64,000 nt of DNA, from the NCBI GenBank assembly GCA_002269645.1, contig NIVC01000362.1:496001-560000 (forward strand), in the 5' to 3' direction. The translations under genes were made by a program, and so were the position numbers. This stretch comes from Macrostomum lignano. Taxonomy: Eukaryota. Shown here piece by piece: positions 49,128 to 59,892 of the stretch. Position 1 is the first letter of the stretch; each line of letters begins with the position of its first letter. The notes below the pieces were generated by a model. The model had not been told where the DNA came from. It worked only from the letters and a program-made list of their open reading frames with translations, and searched no databases.

Positions 49128-52100
49128 TCAAGTCAACCGCCAATGACCAAATGGGAGGGATGAGTAGGGATCGAGCCAGGCTCGCTTCGTGTCGAAGAAG
49201 CTAAGCGCCTGCTTGCGCTGCTCAAGAAGATAAATCTTCTGTCGTCGCGAAGTAATCGTCCGCATCGTTACATGCTCCAAAACTCGATCCTTCAACACAC
49301 TCAAAAATACATTGTGCTTCATACCTCTTACAATCGACTTCGACACGCCCTTGCAACGCACAATCTGACAGAGGCTTTCCTTTGCATACACCATTGAATA
49401 GTTTTTCGGGCGTAGAAATGCAAACTCCAACAGTGTACAACCGGAAACTTCATCTTTCCAGGCCATTAACTTCCCTTTATACTTTGTTGTATAAAGCGGA
49501 TGAGAAGGTGGATAATTACTAGTGTCTAACACACCGCACTCCACCAAGTCTTTAAACAATGTCTCCTGAGGACTCGTCTCCGGGTCGGCCATAACCAATG
49601 CCAGGATCAAACTATCCGTATCTCCACCAAGCACGCGGGCAGAAGCAAGCGACCTATGGCATTGAATCCTTGAATAGAAAAACTCGTAGACAAATGTTTT
49701 CGCAAGGTCCAGAATAGCGCTACCAATCAGAATTGGCTTGTTTAGCAATACTCGACGAGGAGTCAAACTCACGCCCGCTAGACGATCTGTATACAGAATC
49801 ACGTCCATAAACTCCTCTTTAGCGACATACGTTTCCAACTTCTCGGCAGTAGTACACATGCGATAGCTGAGTCGGTCTCGAACTCGCTGCAGAAACTTGC
49901 CGTACACAGCATTGTTCAATAGTTTAAAGAAATCTCGATCGAAATCGCTAGTCGCCTCAGACCGCCGACGAATATTATGTTCAATATATTCCTGTAGAAT
50001 AGGACCTTCTACGAATTCGAGAACACGATTAACCCGCGTCACGCGCATGCCTAACTCGAGGTAAAGACGCAATGCTCGATGATGTACAATGTACCCTGTT
50101 TTATGCGTAACAGAGCCAATTAGTTTCCTTGTCGGAGAAGTGAATCGTTTTACGTCCTCGTATACCTCCGCATTCCTCTTCCTGGGATCAAGCTGGCGTT
50201 GCAGACAAACCCAATCCTGCTTCATATGCTCGGTTAAATAGGCACTATCAATTCTTTCATGGCCAATAGCCAGAGGTAGATCGGCAGTTGAGTCGTGCAA
50301 AAACTTTGGGTAGTAAAGATCGACATTCAATAACGCCCCTCGTCCATTCGAGCAATAGCTAGACAACCAAGCCAAAAACTTGCTCGACTTGTTCGGATTT
50401 TCCAACTCAGCTGCCTCATCATCAACTGATAGATTTTCAATCACTTCACGGGGCAACCAACGATAGGCCTTATACGGCAGCGCCTGCACCATACAACTGG
50501 CATAAAGAGAATTAGCATCAAGGTAGGCCAAGTGAGTGCCATACGGTGCATTCCGCCGTAGTTCTCTTAAATTGTCGTCGTCGTCATCCAGCTGCCGACG
50601 ACATTCTTCTACCATTGGATTATTTGCCGTAGTAAGATGGCGAGTGCCAAAACTGAACCCACCTCGAATCGAAGCTTCAACCTCGGAGTACATACGAGCG
50701 TCTGTAAACAACTCGATCGGCTTCTTCACCTTCAACAGACACGCAGCCAGACTATACATTGGCGATCCGAGAAAATGACACACATCCAAACCGTATTCTC
50801 GAATTGCAGTCCGACGAAAACTCTCAAATACGTCGCATAACAGTAGTACATCCAACAGTAAATACGCAGTCAGATAGTCACGCAAATTGGCACAATCAAA
50901 CTCTTGCCAACTCTGCTGAGCGCGTGTGTACTCCTCCTTAGAACACTCTTGCCGGGTCATTGCGTCGTAAAACAAATCTCGCGATGGCAGTTCAGTCACA
51001 CTGTCCAACTTCTCTTCAGAGTCCAAGTAACAATACGGAAACACTCCCTTCTGCTGCAGAGTAGACAGTTGGAGTTTAGGATAAACATTCAGCAAATCTC
51101 GACAGTGTACCAATTGTTCCTGCGTCAAACGGTTTGCCAGACTAGCTAGACTTGTCGACAAGTACGCAAACGTGTCCTTGAAGCAGATTTCAAACCAAAC
51201 AAAATTCTTCTTCTTCTGCTTTTGTTGCTGCGGCCGTTGACTGCCAACCAGCAGCGGTACCTTGAACTTTAATGAAAACGTCTTAAACCGTTCCCTAGAC
51301 TCGGGAAGAACGTGCAGTTGAACGTCGTCTTCTCCACTAAACACATTGTACACCTCACGAACAATTATTTTACCGTCATATCCTCGAAGATTGTGCAGGT
51401 AGACGATAATTCGATAGCGCTGCAGGGCAAGTTTTCGATTGCACGACATGCAAGCCATTCCACGTGGAAGACCACTCAAATGACAATGATCCCAGACTTG
51501 AGACTCGTCAGCGGAAAACTCGCGACGACAGACGTAGCATCGATCTGCGCTAGGACGCTGACCTAGATACTTTCTAAGCATTGGTCTATAAGTCATCTTG
51601 CTAGTCGCATTAGTTACTTCGAATGCAAGCTCGCGCAGAGCCAAGAGAAACCTGCCAATACAATCTGTTGTGCCAGGCGTAGAATAAAACAACTTGCATG
51701 GAGTATTGTATCTGCTCAACAAATCCTCCCTCGTTACACTATCCAAATCCGGATCGACAACCAAACGAAAGGCCACACAAACGGGCACGTGAATTTGTAA
51801 AACACGGCTGTTAGCCGTAGGCACTGGCAGGCCCTTGACGAGGCCCCTCGATGCCTTTTCAACAGGTACAAGTAGACTCTCAATATCAGCATAAACCAAA
51901 TACAGCGGCGGCAGTCGAGTCTCGTAGGCTGAAAAAGACAAAATGCTTTGCCCTCCTCTGGTAAAACCTCCTCCGTGACTGGCTTTGGCGTTCGAATGAA
52001 GCCGCCGCCGCCGCCGCCGCCTGGTTGCTCCTCCGTCGTCTGGCCACACACGTGTTCTTTCAAGATATAATCCCAAGACGTGGTGTGAATAAAGCTCGCC

Positions 52101-53574
52101 AGACATTCAGGACAATAGCGCCGGCGTTTAGCACGAGAACTCAACAGCCTATCCAGATTTAGCACCGCCATGTAGTGTCCATACTTGAATTCTGCGTAAG
52201 GTGGTATGAACAGACAATTGACTGGCGCAAGGTCACCAGTGGAACGACGAAAATTAAAAAACAGCACGGCAGTATTCGTGGCATGACTCCAGACAAACAC
52301 ACGCATCAGTCTAATTCGAGGGTTCAGCCGGCAAAACTTTCTGTAGCTCCCAATTGAGTGACGAGTCACTCCGGCGCGCGTAAATCGAAAGCTTTTCAGC
52401 CAAGGCCTGTAAGACGCCTTTCGCCTTTTACGGGCTTGCCCTTCGACCTGTGAGGAAAAGACGCTCGACACGACAGCATACATAAAACAATCATGCTGAT
52501 CTGCTCGGTGCGGGCGTAGAAACAAAACCGCTCCCGGCATACGACCAACAGCCAGTGGAACGCGGAATGGAACGGAACGGGTCGGAGCGGATTCTGTTGG
52601 ACCGCCGCCCGCCTGCGCGCCCGCCGCCGCCGCCGCCACGCCCGCCGCCACCACCACCGCCGCCCCGCCACCCGCTCCCCACACGTCCTGCTGCTGCTGC
52701 CGACGACTGCTAGTGTTCGACTGTAGTAGTAGATATTTTCGGCGGAATATGCACAGCATAACGTCGACCTTGACAACGCCGAGGAACTTCCAGTTACTAC
52801 CTCGGGACTGAAAGTTGTCTAATTTAGCTACCAGATCGTTTGTTGCCTCGCTGTACCATTGGTTGAAAACGTCCTCAGAGAGAAGAAGTACACGGCGGCC
52901 GGCGGCTGGAGCATTCGCATCGAAGGAGACCATAACGACTTTGGAATTGAAGAAGGGCGCGATTACTTCTACCTCTTCGTTGTGGGGGGATTCACCAGCA
53001 GCCGTGTCATTGGCGGGGGGATAACGGTACGATACATTTTTACATTAAGATGTATACATGTACGGAGTAAACAGTCCGCAGATCCGAGAGAGTTAAAAAG
53101 ACGAAAAAGTGGAACTTGCAGTTGTGGAAGTAACTCGCTGGGTGGTTCGGTCTCGCCATCGTCCTCGTCCAGCAGAGGCGTGAACGTCAGAAAGTTCGCC
53201 CGACCTCGGTGTGCGGACTCGGTATGTTGTACCGACCAGCCTGGTGGAGTGTCCTCTTCGATTAGCCGACGCACTGGTTCTCGAAGTAAAAGTTGGTCTG
53301 GTTGATAGCACGAGCCATTGTGCGAGTGCCCATGGAGGGCGGCTTGACTGTTGAATCTCTGCCGGCACACGGGGCATCTGATTTGTTTCGTCGTCGTCGT
53401 CGACGGCTGGAATGGTGTTGGCGATTGTTGGCGACGGGGTGGTTGTGATAATCGCCTAAATAGTTTGCTCGGTGGTAAAAATAAGGAAGGAATGCACAGC
53501 CTTAAGTTTGGTGGACAGTCCAAAAATGTCCTCCGCCGCGTGGTTAAACTGTATTTTACTTTGCAGAGATACAA
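49128..53574 (-). CDS. pPolB: Protein-primed family B DNA polymerase with N-terminal terminal-protein region, about 1,480 aa (frameshifts near 51948 and 53017; 5' start unresolved)
   Basis: Exonuclease motifs YADIES and HNLRGYD, EndoVII-like DHCHLSG...CMSCN insert, and polymerase motifs YLDANSLY, KLLNNAVYGK and GDTDS. Upstream frames carry RGSNW, DCFMYAV, HYMAVLNLDRLL, CPECL and a CPVC..H..H zinc finger. Confidence 0.95.
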
Positions 53575-53867
53575 TTATGTAGACAATTTGAATATTTAGG
53601 AATGAACAGCAGGCTAGTAAGTAGTAGGTCGTTGACGGTGGTTGAAAGAATAGAATCGTATAACTTAGTCAATGGTAGTGTTTTTAGGGGTCTGAAGCAG
53701 TTCGAATGGATCATCATGATAAACAAAAATCGTTGGGTACGCATGGGAATTTTACCTTCGGGTAGTAATAGCGGTAGGTGGTGTTTTTTCAACTTGGTAG
53801 GGGCTCGGTTGAATTTAGGTGTTTATTACTACAGCAGAAAATCGTTGTTGTTAATATCAAGTGCATG

Positions 53868-55250
53868 TCAGAGCTCACGACGAATGATGCCGCCAACAAG
53901 ATGGGCTAGATCGGTCGTAGATGTATCCGATCTGATTAGAATTTCGTGTACGTTCGAGTAGTCCTGGTAGTGTCGTGTAAACGCCTCGTCTAGCGATCGT
54001 AGATAGTCCAGGGAGATGCCAGTCTCCTCACCGCTGCGTCCGCGCTGCGCGATGCGTTGAATGGCCAACTCCGGGTCAATGCGCAGGTAAATAAGCGTCG
54101 TGTTCGCGCCGGTAAAGGGTACCCCAGTCGCTTCGAGGACGTCTAGTTGGCGCTGAGCAATCGCCCATTCGGTGTCAGACAGCGAGCCTTGACGGTGTAG
54201 TACGTCTTGGAATGCTCGAGCCGACCCGAGGCAGCGGTCGAGGATAACCACCTTGTTGTTGGATTGTTGGTTAACCTCATTCCGGACCTGGGTGGTAACA
54301 CAAGATTGGCAAAAGTAGCTATACCGTGCGTGTCTTTCGACATTGGTTGTACATGCAGTAGGAGCTATACGAAAGGAATTGCTAGATACTATAGTACCAC
54401 TTACTTTGCTGTCTCTGTCGAGCAAGTCGTGGGAGACGTGCTGTTGGAATGCGACGGCCGGAAGCTCGCCTCGATAGAATGACTGAAGCAGATTTACCGA
54501 GTCCGGGAGGAGCGGGTGTCGCGCGTACTGGTGAACAGGCTCGGGACCGAAGACGGCTTTGTCGGCCCAACCCTCGAGGCGGGAGGTGAGAGCCAGTTCT
54601 CGAAGCAACGTCGACTTCCCGGCACCGATTACGCCCTCCAGGAGAAAAATGCGAGACTGGCTCGTCATATTGGCTAGAATTGGAACAAATTCTGGTTTCG
54701 GAGCGGCTTCCTGACACAATTGTTTAACAATGTTGATCATTTCTAAAATCTGGCTAGTAGTCTTTGCACCTATTATAACGATCTTAAGGGAATGAAAAAT
54801 ATTGCACACCGTCCTATTGAGTGGAGCAGTACTACGGAGGGTGATGGCTTGTGGGAATATCTCCGCGTCGTAATACAGCCGAGCTGTGTGAAACGGCCCG
54901 ATAAAGTTTTTCAGGGTCGAAAATTTGAGTCCAGGATAGTGGAGCAGACCAACGGTTGTAGAGCTGATTATACGAATCGATGTTTTGATTAGTTTAATTA
55001 CTTTAAGGTGTATGAAATTCAGGGCACGTAGAAGTTGGACTCGGGATCTACAGCCATAAAGCGTGAGTAGTCCTCCGGGGTAGAACTGACATGAAAATTG
55101 GGGCAGTCCGATACGAAGCATACTTGGCTTGGCGGAGTATAATTTGGAGGGGATTCCCGCCTGGCCTAGACGTTTTTTTAGCCTATTTAAATCTAACTTT
55201 TCTCCTGGAGGGGTACTCGTTCTGGCTTGCACTATTAGTAGGACCAATCT
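53868..55250 (-). CDS. TBP-like domain (about residues 1-180) fused in one ORF to a deoxynucleoside kinase; predicted 117-bp intron 54288-54404; 5' end unresolved
   Basis: Two TBP-like half repeats: KLDLNRL...CQFYPGGLLTLYGCRS and YDAEIFPQ...CNIFHSLKIVIIGAK. Kinase motifs: EGVIGAGKST, GPEP, AFQQ, ILDR, RIAQRGRSGEE. No stop between the domains. Confidence 0.85.
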   Translation of the reverse strand, partial: RLVLLIVQARTSTPPGEKLDLNRLKKRLGQAGIPSKLYSAKPSMLRIGLPQFSCQFYPGGLLTLYGCRSRVQLLRALNFIHLKVIKLIKTSIRIISSTTVGLLHYPGLKFSTLKNFIGPFHTARLYYDAEIFPQAITLRSTAPLNRTVCNIFHSLKIVIIGAKTTSQILEMINIVKQLCQEAAPKPEFVPILANMTSQSRIFLLEGVIGAGKSTLLRELALTSRLEGWADKAVFGPEPVHQYARHPLLPDSVNLLQSFYRGELPAVAFQQHVSHDLLDRDSKVSGTIVSSNSFRIAPTACTTNVERHARYSYFCQSCVTTQVRNEVNQQSNNKVVILDRCLGSARAFQDVLHRQGSLSDTEWAIAQRQLDVLEATGVPFTGANTTLIYLRIDPELAIQRIAQRGRSGEETGISLDYLRSLDEAFTRHYQDYSNVHEILIRSDTSTTDLAHLVGGIIRREL

Positions 55251-55389
55251 CTGAAAAGAATAAATACGAGAAAAAATTCTGTATAACGGTTAAGATTTTT
55301 ATATATTTCTGGGTGATGCGTTTCCGTTTACGGAGAATGGTAGTTAGAGTTATAGGTATAGCTTCCCGCCACCAAGTGAACGCTAACGG

Positions 55390-56481
55390 TCACTGTGCGA
55401 AGACTTCATCATCTTCGCTGTCCATGGGCTCCGTCGAGGCCCCCGAGTCCACGTCCCCTAGCGCTGGGTTGGAGGCTGCAGCTTTACCCGCTTTGGGGAC
55501 AGTATTGGTAACACCGCTTACAAGATCTTTGACGGGAGTCACCGTGATCCAGTCTTCAGCTGCTGCTGCTGTTGTTGCTGCTCCAGTCGTCTTGGTGGGG
55601 CGTTTGGCGGGGCTGCGACGAGTTGGGCCTTGTCGTCGTTTTCGTCCGCTAACTGGTTTCACTAGCGTCGTCGTAGTTGTTGACTCTTCTTCCTCAGTTG
55701 CGGCGGTGGCGGCGATTGGAGTCGACGTAGTTGGGATGTGAAAACGCAAAGCTTGGGCTAGCATCGGCAGGTGTTTCGGGTCGTCGTCGACCAGTGTCAG
55801 CGAGCGAAGGGCGAGGCCGAGGCGCCATGTCTTGCTTTCCTTCTGACGATAAAGACTTGTGAGCTGAACGGAGAGATGGTAAAGACCGCTAAGTCCTCTC
55901 AGCTCGCTTGTGTCAACTTCACGCGGGTGTTGATTAGGCAGTGCTCGAAAGGTGAAACATGGTAGTGTAGGTTTTATGGCAATCCACTGGGCAAAGCCCA
56001 GGTCGCCTTCCTCGGTGGCGCGGGAGATGCGAAGCAGCGGCATCGGATCGCCCATTTGCTTTAGTTTGATAGCGATGCCTCTTTCGACTTGTCTAGCGAG
56101 AGCAAGGGGATTGAAGAGCAGTAAGAATTCATGGTCTAGTGAGTATGCACATGTAACAAGGATGGCGAATTCTTAAACTTACTTGATGCATTGTAGGAAT
56201 TTGCTGCAAAAGGCCGATGATGACAGTCCGATGGCCACCGCCTCACGGTCTCCGGCTAAAAACTCTCCGGCATCCTGTATTTGGATACCACGAAGAATCT
56301 CGACTGGGGTCGTGGTTTGAATCACTAGTGGGGACCTCCTGTCGACTTTGGGGGGCGTCCACGTTACGCTACGGAAGGTGCAGCTTGCTGTAGGAGCGTT
56401 GGGTTCGCCTAGGTGGAGATTACCAACGTCGGCTTGGATAGCACCCGGTTGGAATACGGATTCGGCAGCGAAACCAGCCAT
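55390..56481 (-). CDS. Two-exon protein (56481-56183 + 56092-55390), about 333 aa, possible OB-fold ssDNA-binding protein with acidic tail
   Basis: Two same-frame ORFs separated by taa-gtt-taa. Donor GTAAGT at 56182 and pyrimidine tract plus TAG acceptor at 56093 splice in frame (CIK|QVERG). Good Kozak context. Ends MDSEDDEVFAQ. The SSB function is inference. Confidence 0.6.
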
Positions 56482-56571
56482 GGTGTTGATCTTGCCTTGC
56501 TCGGAACGCGTGTTTGAAGTGCCTTCTATTTGGAGTCTTAATGAATATTTTATTTCGTTTAGGGGTACCTA

Positions 56572-56578
56572 TTTTATA
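56572..56578 (-). promoter_or_regulatory. Candidate TATA box upstream of the putative SSB gene
   Basis: TATAAAA on the minus strand about 90 nt upstream of the ATG at 56481. Confidence 0.4.
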
Positions 56579-57191
56579 GAGTTGTTTTTAAGGGGGGGCG
56601 TGGGATCGTTGAAGATTGTAGTTGGTCTTCTGGCTGGTGAATTCCCAGGGACTTTAGACATTTTGTTAAAGAGTTTAGGGTTGGTGAGATGCGATGCATA
56701 TATACGTGCGTTAAGAGATAATTTTGGCATTATAGTAGTGCGTGCAAATCGGTGAATTGATTTGACATGCTATTTAAGTTCACTAATTTGGTGTTCACTA
56801 GTCGAATAGGAAATTGATCTCACTCGATGCGTTCGGGTTTATAATAGTACGGGTTATAGTAGGCTGGGGTCGGTGAATTGACTGCATGCATTTCATGGGC
56901 GTAAATTGCGTGCTCATTGCTGGATTGATAAAAATTTGGAAATGCCTGCACCCTAGTTTGGGTCACGGGTGACGTTTTCCCATAGAGGTCGGTTTGTAGA
57001 AAGATACCGAAAGGGGGGTTTTACTGGCTTCGGCATTGAGTGGTTGGTTGACAGCGCGGTGCTATCTATATGCTATATGCCGATAACGGAAATTGTGCAA
57101 TCCCCCGCGTGGGTTGAGTTTCATATGAAGGGGAGATCTAGGTCATTGAGTTAGAGAGGAGACTTGGAACTGTTCGAACGATAGATTGCGA

Positions 57192-58929
57192 ATGACAATG
57201 GCCGAGGCTCAGGACGGATCGCGGGAAGAGTATTGGAAGGCACAGGAGGGATACTTTGAAGAATTGGAACGCAAATTCGCTTTCGTGGACTACGGTAGCG
57301 ATCGACTCCGACGAGTGTCGCCCTTGAGTAGACCGTCTGGTAAGTATAGTTTTTTATGGCTGCCACTCCTCTTGTATGGCACCGTATTTTGATAGGGCAT
57401 CATATACCGACTTCAGTAGACGGGCAGCAAGACCTCCGTCCGGTCGCGGTAGTTCCGCCTAGTGTGCGTGGCCGCGAGGATCCCTATGACGGGGAAATTA
57501 ATATAGGGAGGAATACGTTCCCACCAAGGACAGAGGTATGTAATATGCATTCTGAGTTCGATTGCTTTGTGGTAGTATAACTTACTATGCCTTCATCTAC
57601 TGGTAGGATTACTTCAACGCAAGGACGGTAGCTTTGGAGGAGCTAAGTGAGGAGCGACCCGAAGTTCGCTATCGTGAAGCGGGTTACGACGTAAGATTGA
57701 TTTTTAGTTAGTAGTGCCTGAGCTTGTACTTGACGAGTTCATTTTGCCTTTTTTAGCAACTATGCATGAGTGACCGAGTAGTTTTGCAGCACCAGTGGGC
57801 GACGGCAGTTTGTACGCGAACGCATGAACTGGTGCCGGAGATGGTGGCTCGGGGAAGGGAGGTACGAGACAATATTCGTATGCTTTTCTTATCACATATT
57901 GCATTAATAAATAAAGAATTTCCCATTCTCATTTTAGGAGTTTTTAGCCATGGTGAGTGGAGATGTGCTTTTTGGTGTGGTATAATTCACTCGTCCGTAT
58001 GAAAATAAATTTACTTGTCTGTTCTTTATTCTTGAATCGTAGATTCGCGGACGTGGGCGTCGGACTCGAAACGAGGTATGGATATTGTATTTTAATTGAG
58101 TGTGATCCTAGTTCAATATTGTAGCCCAGTTGTATTTTCTGCTGTTGCATATTCCAGGCTGCGTGTGTTTCGTCCAGCCCAACACAGCTTACAATGGTCA
58201 GTATTCGCTTGGCATTGATTAAACATTGAAGATATAAAGGCTGGAATCTTATTTGACATTTCAGGCGAATTGCGCGATCGGAGAAGGGCGAGCTCCCGGA
58301 CCACCGCAGCCATGTGTTCCGGTTAGTGATACATCGAACCCCATGCTCTTTATTTTGGCGGGATGTACATAAGTAGCTCGGTTTGGGAGGTGCTCTTCAC
58401 GTGCCGGTTTAAGATGGAGTTACGAGGTTTTATGGTAGTAGAATTCGTGTTATTTAGTGTGAGACGGGACCGTTAATGCATGAACCAGTTCTACTTTATG
58501 CTGCCACGCATTCAAGACTGCATGGCATTGATTAAAACTTGAGGGTTAAAACAGTTGAAATCTTATTTTTTAAATTGCAGACAAATTTCGTGTTCGGACG
58601 GGGGCGGACTCCTGGACCGCCGCAACCTTCCACGGTTGGTGTTACGTAGAAGAATATGCTCTTCTTTGTAGGGTGTTCACAGTCATATCGGGTGGGGGGG
58701 GGCAGGTTGGTAGTGGTTTAGGGTGAAATATGCAAGTCTATGGTGGTAGAGTTTGTGTTACAACAAAGAGTTATTTATACAATCAAATTTTAGATTCCGA
58801 AGCCGCCATCCGGAAGTGGATTCCCTGGTGGTGGTAGGGTTAGTAAATTTTATATTGATTGCAGCGTAGTAAATTGACCTGGTAAATGTATGTCATCTTC
58901 CTTGGTTTCAGGATGCGGACCTGTCGTAG
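57192..58929 (+). CDS. 11-exon gene of unknown function, about 245 aa; exons 57192-57339, 57396-57535, 57607-57690, 57757-57861, 57938-57952, 58043-58075, 58158-58196, 58265-58321, 58581-58634, 58794-58838, 58912-58929
   Basis: Ten consecutive GT...YAG introns (56, 71, 66, 76, 90, 82, 68, 259, 159, 73 bp) join into one stop-free frame. Nine are phase 0. The last three exons are less certain. Confidence 0.72.
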
Positions 58930-59892
58930 GCATTCGGAACTCGGCGTGTGGGTTGGTTGACTCCGTCGCCGCCGTCGGCTTGTTTATGTGGACTGTAGGG
59001 GACTTGTATTTGTAAATGTTTCGTATGCGACTTTTATTTAGTGAAGGCTTGGACATATGTGTCTATTTATTCTTTTGGATTCGCTCTGTGTGCAGAATCG
59101 TACATGTAAATACAGTGTGGCGTAGATCCAAGGCCTTCGTTCTATGTAAGGGCTTGCCAGCGGGGTGTCTGTCTTGTTGTGTCATCGGTGGAAATATAGC
59201 GTTGTTAAAGGATTGGTTTGGATCTTGTTTGTCTTAGGGTTAAAGAGAGGGGTGATAAACTCGGGGTTTGAGTTTTCGGTGGTGTTGTTAGTTCTAGGGC
59301 TTCTGGGGTGGGGGGTCTGTATTATGGGGTCTGGTTTATCTCAAGTGGGGGTGAAGCATGGGGGTGGGAGTCGAATCACCCGGGGGAATCTTAACGCGGC
59401 TATATTTTTTAAATCGCATGTAATTTGCTTTAGTTCTTTAAATTCAACTTTTATTCAATTTTATTTTATTTTACTTGTTAAAAACTTTTAATACAAAAAT
59501 ATACCGGTTTGTCAATGAATGTATTAAAACTTGTAGTGCTAAAATACACGGATTCGATGTTGGTTGAAGTAGCTACTGAAGCCGGCGTTCAATCGAGAGG
59601 GCGGATAAGGTAAACAAAAGTGCAAGATATGCATATGTAGATGCCGCGGAGACGGATGAAAAGTAACAGAAAATATGCGAAAAAGTATAAGTACGAATAT
59701 GAGTGGTTGGTATCGAGGTTTTGAGTTCTATGGGTAAAATATTGAAGCCTAGTGACAGTCCCCCTGGTTCTAATCTGTACTACATAAAAATGGAAAATAT
59801 CCTGATCCTAAAATTGTAGACGTTTCGAGAAGTTTAACAATACAGCATAATAATGTTTGTTAGCAGGTAGGCGAGTACACTTAATGGCGGAT

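Noticed and set aside
52590-52700. GC-rich Gly/Ala stretch in pPolB as a separate insertion or gene
   Set aside because: In-frame low-complexity linker with no ends, TSD or splice signals.
56500-57150. Short ORFs between the SSB-like and micro-exon genes
   Set aside because: Under 60 aa or antisense, with no motifs; more likely a divergent promoter region.
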